Assembly: GCA_963780225.1 (NCBI GenBank) | Contig: CAWAAX010000015.1 | Location: 1 to 25,296, forward strand | From: an uncultured bacterium | Lineage (GTDB): Bacteria; Edwardsbacteria; AC1; EtOH8 | Reading direction: 5' to 3' | Length of the DNA: 25,296 bases | Shown here: positions 16,402-24,032 of the stretch, piece by piece | How positions within the stretch are numbered: the first letter of the stretch is position 1 | Layout: every line of letters starts with the position of its first letter | The notes under the pieces: generated by a model | What the model was told of the DNA's origin: nothing | Seen by the model: the letters and a program-made list of their open reading frames with translations, nothing else | The model's database searches: none | Translations under genes and position numbers: made by a program

Positions 16402-16647
16402 CAGGAGATCAGTTTCTTGATCTGCTCCGGCGAAAGCAGGTGCCCGGTGGACTTGACCACACCATCAATGGCCAGGGCCGGGGTCATCATCACCCCGAAT
16501 GCCATGATATCCTTAAGTTCCGAGACCTTGACGATCTCCGCTTCTATGCCCAGCTCTTTGACCGCCTTCTCGGCATTGGCGGTCAGGGTCTTGCATGGTC
16601 AGGGTCTTGCACTTGGGGCAGCCGGTGCCCAGGATCTGGATCTTCAT
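16401..16647 (-). pseudogene. Small redox-active disulfide protein (MTH895/Thioredoxin_3-like), frameshifted by a 16-bp duplication
   Basis: Deleting 16 nt gives 76 aa MKIQILGTGCPKCKTLTANAEKAVKELGIEAEIVKVSELKDIMAFGVMMTPALAIDGVVKSTGHLLSPEQIKKLIS*; duplicated GGTCAGGGTCTTGCA at 16581-16595 and 16597-16611. Confidence 0.92.
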
Positions 16648-16664
16648 ATTTGCAGTCCTTGTGT

Positions 16665-17591
16665 TTATTTGTGGCCGCAGCTGTTCTTTGTTTCCGTTAT
16701 GTGGCAGTTCACCCCGTTGCACTCTGTGCACTCGAACTGGATGGTGGTGTGCAGTATCCCGAATTTATGCTCCAGCAGTTCCTGGATCCCGGCCAGCAGG
16801 GCATCGCTTTGGCTGGTCATCTGGTCCTCTATCTGCACATGGGCGCTTAGGGCGTGGATCCCAGAGGACAGGCTCCAGACGTGCAGGTGGTGCAGGGCTT
16901 TGATGCCCTTGATCCTGCTTAGGGCCTTTTCGATCTCCGCGCTCTCGATCCCCGCCGGTGCGGCCTCCAGCAGAATATCCACCGATTCCTTCACTATGCC
17001 GTAGGCCCCCTTCAGGATCATGATCCCGATCAGGACGCTCAATACCGGGTCTATCAACAGCCAGCCGGTGAAGCGGATGATAAACCCGCCGATGATCACC
17101 GCCACCGATGACAGCAGGTCGCCCACCACGTGCAGAAAGGCGCCCCGCACGTTGAGATTATTCTTGCTGGAGGCCCGCAGGACAAAGAACCCGGCAATAT
17201 TGACGGCCAGCCCGGCCAGGGCCACAATGATCATCAGGCCGCTCTTGATCTCTGTCGGCGAGCTGAAGCGCTGCCAGGCTTCGTAGAAGATGTATCCCGA
17301 CAGGACTATCAGGGTCACCCCATTCAACAGCGCCGCCAGGATCTCCAAGCGGTAGAAGCCGTAGGTCTTTTTGGCATTGGCCGGAGTGGTGGCAAAGCGG
17401 ATGGCCAGCAATGACAGTCCCAAAGCCAGCACGTCGGTCAGCATGTGGCCGGCGTCGGAGACCAGGGCTAATGAACCCGACAGCCAGCCGCCCAGGAACT
17501 CCACCAGCATCAGAAGCGCGGTCAGGACCAGGGTCCACTTCAGCCCTTTTAGACTGTCAGCCCGGTGGTCGTGTTTGTGCTCGTGTGACAT
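16665..17591 (-). CDS. Cation diffusion facilitator (CzcD/ZitB-like Zn/Co/Cd exporter)
   Basis: SLALVSDAGHMLTD, TYGFYRLEILAALLNG, AFLHVVGD, HHLHVW, HTTIQFE; His-rich N-terminus MSHEHKHDH; RBS GAGGT. Confidence 0.93.
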   Translation of the reverse strand: MSHEHKHDHRADSLKGLKWTLVLTALLMLVEFLGGWLSGSLALVSDAGHMLTDVLALGLSLLAIRFATTPANAKKTYGFYRLEILAALLNGVTLIVLSGYIFYEAWQRFSSPTEIKSGLMIIVALAGLAVNIAGFFVLRASSKNNLNVRGAFLHVVGDLLSSVAVIIGGFIIRFTGWLLIDPVLSVLIGIMILKGAYGIVKESVDILLEAAPAGIESAEIEKALSRIKGIKALHHLHVWSLSSGIHALSAHVQIEDQMTSQSDALLAGIQELLEHKFGILHTTIQFECTECNGVNCHITETKNSCGHK

Positions 17592-17651
17592 TTTATGTTT
17601 GACCTCTCCACTTCGTTGGCAAAACACCGACAATCTTCTCAGTGCAAGCCT

Positions 17652-17678
17652 TCTCCCTCTCCTGGGAGGAGAGGGAGA
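17652..17678. repeat. REP-like perfect hairpin
   Basis: TCTCCCTCTCCT-GGG-AGGAGAGGGAGA. Confidence 0.75.
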
Positions 17679-17694
17679 GTCTTAAGTTACGAGG

Positions 17695-17943
17695 TTAACA
17701 GCAGGAAGACCCCGAGCCGCAATTGCATGAGCACTCTGTCTTTCCTTCTTTCTTTTCCGGAAAGGAGATGGCCCCGGTGGGGCAGGCCGGCAGGCATTTT
17801 TCCCCGGTGCCACAGCATTCGTCTGCGTTCCTGACCGCGGCCTTGCCCTTGATCAGTTCATAGACCTTTTTGCAGCAGGCCTGGATGCAGGCCCCGCAGC
17901 CGTTGCAGAGGTCCTTGCTTATGATCGGTCCTTTGAAATTCAT
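17695..17943 (-). CDS. 4Fe-4S ferredoxin-like protein with Cys-rich tail
   Basis: CNGCGACIQAC, CLPACPTGAI, tail CSCNCGSGSSCC. Confidence 0.85.
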   Translation of the reverse strand: MNFKGPIISKDLCNGCGACIQACCKKVYELIKGKAAVRNADECCGTGEKCLPACPTGAISFPEKKEGKTECSCNCGSGSSCC

Positions 17944-17991
17944 TTGTCTTCAACTTTCTATGATGTTTAAAAGCCCTTATTTGTGTGCTTG

Positions 17992-18020
17992 TTTCCGTGG
18001 CATTCTGTGTTTCCGTGGTT
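17992..18020. repeat. Short-period (8/9-nt) degenerate repeat
   Basis: TTTCCGTG-GCATTCTGTG-TTTCCGTG-GTT. Confidence 0.65.
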
Positions 18021-18029
18021 ACGTACCAG

Positions 18030-18461
18030 CTATTTTCCCTGCGGCCGCAGTCTGCAGGTGCAGGAGCCGGACAACTTCTTTGAATTATCCACCTTGATCG
18101 GCATCCCGTCGTGCTCCCAGTCCAGTATCCCGCCGTTGAGGTTGGCCACGTTATCCCAGCCTTTGGACGCCAGCAGTTTGACCGCCTCCTTGCTGCGCAG
18201 GCCCACCGAATCGGCCACGATGACCGGCCGGTCTCGGGGGATCTCCGGCAGCCGGGTCTCCAGTTCCTCAACCGGAATATACAGAACCTCGGGCACATCG
18301 AACTTTTTGTAGTCGGTCTCTATCTGTGCCCTAAGATCTATGAAAAGCCCCCCATTATTGGCTGTCTCTAGGGCCTCGCCTCCGGAAAGGTGCGTCAGGC
18401 CTGCTATTAACAGGCCTTTATTGCCGAAACATGCATTGATATTATGTTTAACAGTTCCCAT
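18030..18461 (-). CDS. Rhodanese-like domain protein with Asp at the catalytic Cys position
   Basis: FIDLR, LPEIPRDRPVIVADSVGLRS, VANLNGGILDW; C-terminal SCTC; start uncertain, first ATG clear of acr3 chosen. Confidence 0.8.
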   Translation of the reverse strand: MGTVKHNINACFGNKGLLIAGLTHLSGGEALETANNGGLFIDLRAQIETDYKKFDVPEVLYIPVEELETRLPEIPRDRPVIVADSVGLRSKEAVKLLASKGWDNVANLNGGILDWEHDGMPIKVDNSKKLSGSCTCRLRPQGK

Positions 18462-18505
18462 ATTGCTTAATCCATTGCATATGTTTCGCACTTTGAGTGC
18501 ATTCC

Positions 18506-19552
18506 TTAGGCAAAGTATTTCCTCTTCATCCACAGCGCTATGTTCACCAGCATCAGGAGCGCAGGCACCTCCACCAGCGGCCCGATGACGGCGGTAAAGG
18601 CCTGCCCCGAGCTGATGCCGAACACCCCCACCGCCACCGCTATGGCCAGTTCAAAGTTGTTGCCCGAGGCATGGAAGGCGATGGTCACCGTCTTGGGATA
18701 ATCCCCGCAAAGCTTTTTCCCCATATAGAACGAGGCGAAGAACATGATCACAAAATAGATCAGCAGTGGAACGGCTATCCGCACCACGTCCATCGGCAGT
18801 TGGACGATGGTCTGGCCCTTAAGCGAGAACATCACCACGATGGTCAGCAGCAGGGCCGCCAGGGTGACGGGGCTGATCAGGGGAATGAATTTGGTCTGGT
18901 ACCACTCCCTGCCCTTCTTCTTGAGAAGGATGAACCGGGTCAGCATCCCGCCGAAGAACGGGATACCAAGGTAGATCAGGACGCTTTGGGCGATCTCCCA
19001 CATGCTGACGTGCACTTCAAGGCCCTTAAGCCCGAACAGCGGGGGCAGCACGGTGATGAAGAGGTAGGCGAAAACCGAATAGAACAGCATCTGAAAGATG
19101 GCGTTAAAAGCCACCAGGCCGGCGGAATACTCGTTGTCCCCCCCGGCCAGCTCGCACCACACGATGACCATGGCTATGCAGCGGGCCAGCCCGATCATGA
19201 TCAGCCCCACCATGTAATCGGGGTAGTTGTGCAGGAAAAGAATGGCCAGAAAGAACATCAGGATGGGCCCGATGATCCAGTTCTGCACCAGCGAGAGCGC
19301 CAGCACCCGCCAGTTGCGGAAGAACTTTGGCAGTTCCTCGTACTTGACCTTGGCCAAAGGTGGGAACATCATCAGTATCAGTCCTATGGCGATGGGGATG
19401 TTGGTGGTGCCGACGCTGAACCTGGTGTTGAAGGAATGCACCGCGGCCGGGGAAAGCCAGCCCAGCAGCACCCCCAGGCCCATGGCCAAAAAGATCCACA
19501 GCGTCAGGTAGCGGTCCAGGAACGACAGCCGCTTGGAAAGGTGCTCTGACAT
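18506..19552 (-). CDS. acr3: ACR3 family arsenite efflux transporter
   Basis: [53 protein letters not shown] 1 nt after arsR stop. Confidence 0.97.
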   Translation of the reverse strand: MSEHLSKRLSFLDRYLTLWIFLAMGLGVLLGWLSPAAVHSFNTRFSVGTTNIPIAIGLILMMFPPLAKVKYEELPKFFRNWRVLALSLVQNWIIGPILMFFLAILFLHNYPDYMVGLIMIGLARCIAMVIVWCELAGGDNEYSAGLVAFNAIFQMLFYSVFAYLFITVLPPLFGLKGLEVHVSMWEIAQSVLIYLGIPFFGGMLTRFILLKKKGREWYQTKFIPLISPVTLAALLLTIVVMFSLKGQTIVQLPMDVVRIAVPLLIYFVIMFFASFYMGKKLCGDYPKTVTIAFHASGNNFELAIAVAVGVFGISSGQAFTAVIGPLVEVPALLMLVNIALWMKRKYFA

Positions 19553-19553
19553 G

Positions 19554-19928
19554 TCACTGATCCTTGCGTTTGGTTTGTATCTTGTGAATATGATCTTGGC
19601 AGGGCGCCAGCGGTTTGGCATTCTTGGCCGCCCGTCGGTCCTGTTTGACCGCCTGGTCCTGGGACAGGCCGTTCAGGCAGGCGCAGATGTTCTTAGAGGC
19701 ATCCGGGCAGCAAAGCCGGTAGTGGACCCATTTCCCCTTCCGGGTGTCCACTATCAGTCCGGCCTCCTTTAAGATCGCCAGGTGGCGCGAGATCCGGGAC
19801 TGGCCCATGCCCAGCACCGCTATCAGCTGGCAGACGCACAGCTCTCCGCCCTCCAGCAGCTTGACTATCCGGAGTCGGGTGGGTTCTCCCAGGGCCTTGA
19901 ATGTTTTTACGGCTTGTTTCATTTTCAC
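19554..19928 (-). CDS. arsR: ArsR/SmtB family metalloregulatory repressor
   Basis: [42 protein letters not shown]; start GTG 19928 or ATG 19922. Confidence 0.95.
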   Translation of the reverse strand: MKMKQAVKTFKALGEPTRLRIVKLLEGGELCVCQLIAVLGMGQSRISRHLAILKEAGLIVDTRKGKWVHYRLCCPDASKNICACLNGLSQDQAVKQDRRAAKNAKPLAPCQDHIHKIQTKRKDQ

Positions 19929-19934
19929 CTATTC

Positions 19935-19972
19935 TCCCCTCTCCGCAGCGGGGAGGGGCTGGGGGTGGGGTC
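19935..19972. repeat. REP-like palindrome plus G-tract, copy 2, in arsR 5' UTR
   Basis: TCCCCTCTCCGCAGCGGGGAGGGGCTGGGGGTGGGGTC, 34/38 identical to 8264-8301. Confidence 0.85.
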
Positions 19973-19978
19973 TGTTTA

Positions 19979-20000
19979 CATATCAAGATATCTTGATATG
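19979..20000. promoter_or_regulatory. Putative ArsR operator
   Basis: Perfect 22-bp palindrome CATATCAAGATATCTTGATATG overlapping the -10 and +1 region of the ars promoter. Confidence 0.85.
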
Positions 20001-20026
20001 ATAATACAAATTACCCCTAAAGTCAA
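19998..20026 (-). promoter_or_regulatory. Sigma70-type promoter of the ars operon
   Basis: TTGACT (20026-20021), 17 bp, TATCAT (20003-19998). Confidence 0.75.
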
Positions 20027-20054
20027 GCCTCCTTCAAATTATTTCAATTTATTG

Positions 20055-20083
20055 TTGCAGCCGCTTTGTTTTAATGCTATATT
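20055..20083 (+). promoter_or_regulatory. Divergent sigma70-type promoter
   Basis: TTGCAG, 17 bp, TATATT with extended -10 TG. Confidence 0.6.
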
Positions 20084-20108
20084 TGAGCTGTTAACCTATG
20101 GAGGAACC

Positions 20109-20849
20109 ATGAAACTTTCCCGCTGGTATCTTTTCCTGGCCGCGCTGCTGGCCGCCATCTCGTTCTCCTTTTACCTGGCCCAGGTGCTGATATTCCAAAA
20201 GCCGCACGACACATTCTTTTACATGCTACAGGACCTGGCCTTCGTGCCCATCCAGGTGCTACTGGTGACCCTGATCCTGAACGACCTGATGGTCCGGCGG
20301 GAGAAAAAGGCGTTGCTGAACAAGATGAACATGGTGATCGGGGCCTTCTTCAGCGAGATGGGCAACGAGCTGATAACCGGCCTGGCCAAATATGACCCGG
20401 GGTTCACAGAACTTGCTCCCCTGGCCCGGCCCGGCGCCGCCTGGAAGGCTGAAGATTTTATCAAGGCCCGCCGCCAGTTGGAGGGAAAAGAGTTTCAGAT
20501 AGATTCCCGCCGGGACGACCTGGGTGCCCTTAAGGATTTTCTTTCGGGGAAACGCGGATTTGTGCTGGGCCTGCTGGAAAACCAGAATCTGCTGGAGCAC
20601 GCCACTTTCACCGATCTGCTGTGGTCCGTCACCCACCTGACCGAGGAACTGCAGTTCAGGACCTCGCTGAAGGACCTGCCCCCGGCCGACTTTCAGCACC
20701 TCTCCGGCGACATCAAGCGGGTGTACGGCCTGCTGCTGGGGGAGTGGCTGGGCTACGCCCGGCATCTGAAGGAGTCTTATCCTTACATGTATTCGCTGGT
20801 GGTGCGGCATAATCCGTTTGACCCGGAGGCTTCGGTTACATTACAATAG
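20109..20849 (+). CDS. Hypothetical protein, two N-terminal TM segments and helical soluble domain
   Basis: RBS GGAGG before ATG 20109, GC3-rich codons; track start 19782 overlaps arsR and is rejected. Confidence 0.85.
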   Translation: MKLSRWYLFLAALLAAISFSFYLAQVLIFQKPHDTFFYMLQDLAFVPIQVLLVTLILNDLMVRREKKALLNKMNMVIGAFFSEMGNELITGLAKYDPGFTELAPLARPGAAWKAEDFIKARRQLEGKEFQIDSRRDDLGALKDFLSGKRGFVLGLLENQNLLEHATFTDLLWSVTHLTEELQFRTSLKDLPPADFQHLSGDIKRVYGLLLGEWLGYARHLKESYPYMYSLVVRHNPFDPEASVTLQ

Positions 20850-20921
20850 GACGCTGATATACGCAGATTTTCGCTGATTATTAACCATCCAGTAAATGAT
20901 TATCTGCGTTGATCTGCGTCC
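20849..20921. repeat. Inverted repeat built from 10-nt units (NNNCGCWGAT)
   Basis: Left GGACGCTGAT-ATACGCAGAT-TTTCGCTGAT; right ATCTGCGTTG-ATCTGCGTCC. Confidence 0.75.
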
Positions 20922-20939
20922 AATAAAAAACAATAAGCT

Positions 20940-21710
20940 ATGAGCATCACGCTTCTCTCCTGGAACGTCAACGGCCTGCGGGCCGTGTTCAAAAAAGGCT
21001 TCGCCCCATGGGTGGAGAAAACCAGCCCCGACATCCTCTGCCTGCAGGAGACCAAGGCCAGGCCCGAGCAGGTGGTGAAGGAACTGGAAACAATCAAGGG
21101 GTATGATGTTCACTTTTCCTCGGCCCAAAGGCCCGGCTACAGCGGGGTGGCGTTGTTCTCAAAGGAAAAACCCCTGTCAGTCAAACAGACCTTTGGCGTG
21201 ACCAGATTTGATGACGAGGGCCGCATCCTTCAGGCCGACTATGGAAAATTCATCCTGTTCAACATCTACTTTCCCAACGGCAAGGCATCCCCGGAGCGGC
21301 TGCAGTACAAGATGGATTTTTACCAAGCTTTCCTGCTGGAGATGAAGAAACTGCTGAAAAAAGATAAAAAGATCGTCATCTGCGGCGACGTCAACACCGC
21401 CCACCAGGAGATAGACCTGGCCCGGCCCAGGGAGAACTCCAAGGTCTCCGGTTTCCTGCCCCAGGAGCGGGAATGGGTGGACCGGTTCCTGGAACTGGGT
21501 TTTATGGACACCCTGCGGATGTTCGACCAGTCCCACGGTCTTTACACCTGGTGGGATGTGATCAGCCGGGCCCGGGACCGCAACGTGGGCTGGCGGATAG
21601 ATTACTTCTATGCCAGCGGGAATCTGAAGAAAAATATCAGGAACGCCTACATTTTGCCCGAAGTAATGGGATCGGACCATTGCCCCATCGGGCTGGAACT
21701 GGAAATATGA
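20940..21710 (+). CDS. xth: Exodeoxyribonuclease III / AP endonuclease
   Basis: SWNVNGLRA, LCLQETK, GYSGVA, CGDVNTAHQEID, GWRIDYF, GSDHCP. Confidence 0.97.
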   Translation: MSITLLSWNVNGLRAVFKKGFAPWVEKTSPDILCLQETKARPEQVVKELETIKGYDVHFSSAQRPGYSGVALFSKEKPLSVKQTFGVTRFDDEGRILQADYGKFILFNIYFPNGKASPERLQYKMDFYQAFLLEMKKLLKKDKKIVICGDVNTAHQEIDLARPRENSKVSGFLPQEREWVDRFLELGFMDTLRMFDQSHGLYTWWDVISRARDRNVGWRIDYFYASGNLKKNIRNAYILPEVMGSDHCPIGLELEI

Positions 21711-21740
21711 TTTTCGCTTTTTTGCGAAAGGAGAGACAAA

Positions 21741-22700
21741 ATGGAAGACCAATCAAAATCCAAGGGTCAGCTGATCAGCGAACTTCACGCCCTGCGCATC
21801 CGGATGGCCGAGGGCGAAGTGATGGAGCTGGAGCTGAAGCGCACCCGCGAAAAACTGGCGGCTTTGGAGCAGATGGTGAACAGCCTGCCGATGGGGGTAA
21901 CCATCTCGGATCTGGAGGGAAAGATACTTTATACTAACCCGGCCGAGGCCCAGATGCACGGCTACACGGCGGAAGAGCTGGTGGGGCAGGAGGCTAAGAT
22001 CTTCGCCCCCCAGGGCCGCTGGAGTCCGATCGATCCCGAGCAGGCCCAAAAAATAAAACGGCTGACCCGCGAGGCCATCAATATCCGCAGGGACGGCACC
22101 ACTTTTGATGCCAAGCTGACTTCGGACGTGGTCAAAAACCAGCGGGGGGAAGCGGTGGCCATTATCACCACCAGCGAGGAGCTTACCGCCAAAAAGCAGG
22201 CCCAGGCCTTTATGGCCGCTCTGTACAAGATCTCGGACAAGGCCGCTGTAGCCTCGGACCTGAAGAAACTGTGCGCTGATATCCACAATATCGTGGGGGG
22301 ACTGATCTATGCCCGGAATTTTTACCTGGCCCTGTACGACCAGGAAGCGGACCTGCTGACCTTCCCCTATTTCGTGGACGAGTTCTCGGCCGCCCCCGCC
22401 CCCCAGAAACTGAAGAAGGGCCTGATCAAACAGGTGCTGGAGACCGGCCAGGCCCTGTTCGCCACCCAGGAGACCTACTCCCAAATGATGCGTCAGGGCG
22501 GGTTCGATGAGATGGACACCCCTTTCGTCAACTGGCTGGGGGTGCCGCTTAAGAAGGACGGCCGGATCTTCGGGGTGATGGTGATCAACAGCTACACCGA
22601 GGAAATTTCCTTCGGCGAGACCGAACGAGACCTGCTGGTATTCGCCGCCCAGCAGATGGTCAATGCCATGGATAAGATAGTTTATCTTAAAGGAAAATAA
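21741..22700 (+). CDS. PAS plus GAF domain sensory protein without output domain
   Basis: Coiled-coil N-terminus; PAS (SDLEGKILYTNPAEAQMHGYTAEELVG, RRDGTTF); GAF (NFYLALYD, WLGVPLKKDGRIFGVMVINSY); RBS AAGGAG. Confidence 0.88.
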   Translation: MEDQSKSKGQLISELHALRIRMAEGEVMELELKRTREKLAALEQMVNSLPMGVTISDLEGKILYTNPAEAQMHGYTAEELVGQEAKIFAPQGRWSPIDPEQAQKIKRLTREAINIRRDGTTFDAKLTSDVVKNQRGEAVAIITTSEELTAKKQAQAFMAALYKISDKAAVASDLKKLCADIHNIVGGLIYARNFYLALYDQEADLLTFPYFVDEFSAAPAPQKLKKGLIKQVLETGQALFATQETYSQMMRQGGFDEMDTPFVNWLGVPLKKDGRIFGVMVINSYTEEISFGETERDLLVFAAQQMVNAMDKIVYLKGK

Positions 22701-22741
22701 TTGTTTTTCAATCCCGGACAAACAGCATTTCCGGATTTTAA

Positions 22742-22775
22742 AAAGGCGCAGAATCCTGCGCCTTTCCTTTGTTTT
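22742..22775 (+). terminator. Intrinsic terminator
   Basis: AAAGGCGCAG-aatc-CTGCGCCTTT followed by a T-rich tail. Confidence 0.8.
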
Positions 22776-22815
22776 GGACCCCTTTGGACAGATAAATATT
22801 TCACGTTTTTTGCTT

Positions 22816-22844
22816 TTGACTTTGCCTATGTTTTATGATATTGT
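22816..22844 (+). promoter_or_regulatory. Sigma70-type promoter
   Basis: TTGACT, 17 bp, TATTGT with extended -10 TG. Confidence 0.6.
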
Positions 22845-22887
22845 TAAGGGTTAAGATTCATCCTGTTAAGTGCAATCGGGGACATTT

Positions 22888-23904
22888 ATGGAAAGCCGCA
22901 TCAGGGAAAGATTCAACCAGCATATCCTGGCCGGGGCCATGCAGCGCTATGCCGTGCCGGAAGGAACTATCCGGGAACTGGGCGGGTTCGAGAGCTTCAT
23001 CTACTCGTTTGAACGCGGGAACGGACAATACATCCTCCGCCTGAGCCACAGCCTGCGCCGCAGCGAAGAATTGATCCGGGGCGAGGCCGACTGGATCAAC
23101 TACCTGGCCGGGAACGGGGTGCCGGTGGCCGGGGTGGTCATGTCGGAGAACGGGAAACTGGTGGAGGCTATCGATGACGGACAGGGCGGGCATTTTTTGG
23201 CCACCGCCTTTGTGAAAATAGACGGCCGCCCTATCCATGAGGCCGGCTGGAGCCCCGAACTTTACCGCACCTACGGAAAACTTCTGGGCAGGATGCACGC
23301 TTTGACCAAGGACTATCAGCCCAAAGATCCTCTGGCCAAGCGGCCCCAATGGGAGGACTCCGCCAACACCGAATGCGTCAAGCACCTGCCGGAGCCGGAG
23401 TCCCTGGTCCGCGAAAGATACTGGGCGGTGATGCAGCAGGTGTCCGCCCTGCCCCGGGACCGGGATTCCTTCGGGCTGATCCACTACGACGCCCACAGCA
23501 GCAACATGCTGGTGGACCGGGAAGGCCGGCTCTGCCTGTTCGATTTCGACGACAGCCTGCACTCCTGGTTCGTCTGCGACATAGCCATAGTGCTGTTCTA
23601 CATGACCGCGGGCAAGGAACCGGATATCGGGTCGGTCGAAGAATTCCTGAGACACTTTCTGGCCGGCTACGCCCAGGAGAACAAGCTGGACCCCAAGTGG
23701 CTTAAGGAGATCCCCAAATTCCTGAAGATCCGGGAGATAGACCTGTACGCCGTGATCCACCGGAGTTTCGACGTCAACAACATCACCAATCCCTGGGTGG
23801 CCGGGTTCATGAAGGGCCGCAAGGAGCGGATCGAGCGGGATGCGCCGTTCCTGGACTTTGACTTCAGCGCCTGGTCAGAACTACTGACCTCACCCACTTC
23901 GTAA
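22888..23904 (+). CDS. APH/homoserine kinase type II-like phosphotransferase (YerI-like)
   Basis: GKLLGRMH, Brenner motif LIHYDAHSSN, LFDFDD, DIAIVLFY; RBS GGGGA before ATG 22888. Confidence 0.88.
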   Translation: MESRIRERFNQHILAGAMQRYAVPEGTIRELGGFESFIYSFERGNGQYILRLSHSLRRSEELIRGEADWINYLAGNGVPVAGVVMSENGKLVEAIDDGQGGHFLATAFVKIDGRPIHEAGWSPELYRTYGKLLGRMHALTKDYQPKDPLAKRPQWEDSANTECVKHLPEPESLVRERYWAVMQQVSALPRDRDSFGLIHYDAHSSNMLVDREGRLCLFDFDDSLHSWFVCDIAIVLFYMTAGKEPDIGSVEEFLRHFLAGYAQENKLDPKWLKEIPKFLKIREIDLYAVIHRSFDVNNITNPWVAGFMKGRKERIERDAPFLDFDFSAWSELLTSPTS

Positions 23905-23940
23905 AGGCATGCATGGGGTCTGACTCAGTGCATCGCCTGC

Positions 23941-23966
23941 CCCTCTCCAAATGAATTTGGAGAGGG
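23941..23966. repeat. REP-like perfect hairpin
   Basis: CCCTCTCCAAAT-GA-ATTTGGAGAGGG, same CCCTCTCC/GGAGAGGG core as 17652-17678. Confidence 0.7.
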
Positions 23967-23998
23967 ATGGAAGAAGTAATATTTTCTGAAATTATAGT

Positions 23999-24032
23999 TT
24001 TCTGTGTTTCAGTAATTCCGTGTTTCTGTGGT
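23999..24032. repeat. Short-period degenerate GTG repeat
   Basis: TTTCTGTG-TTTCAGTAA-TTCCGTG-TTTCTGTG-GT. Confidence 0.65.

Noticed and set aside
16513..16731. 72-aa ORF as a genuine gene
   Set aside because: It is the frameshifted 5' part of the small redox protein plus an upstream extension overlapping the CDF gene
17695..17943. HgcB / mercury methylation locus (ferredoxin with terminal CC near arsR)
   Set aside because: No C(M/I)ECGAC motif and no hgcA cap-helix N(V/I)WCA gene in the window
14207..19928. Selenocysteine read-through in the redox genes
   Set aside because: CxxC motifs use Cys codons and the TGA codons fall at expected protein ends
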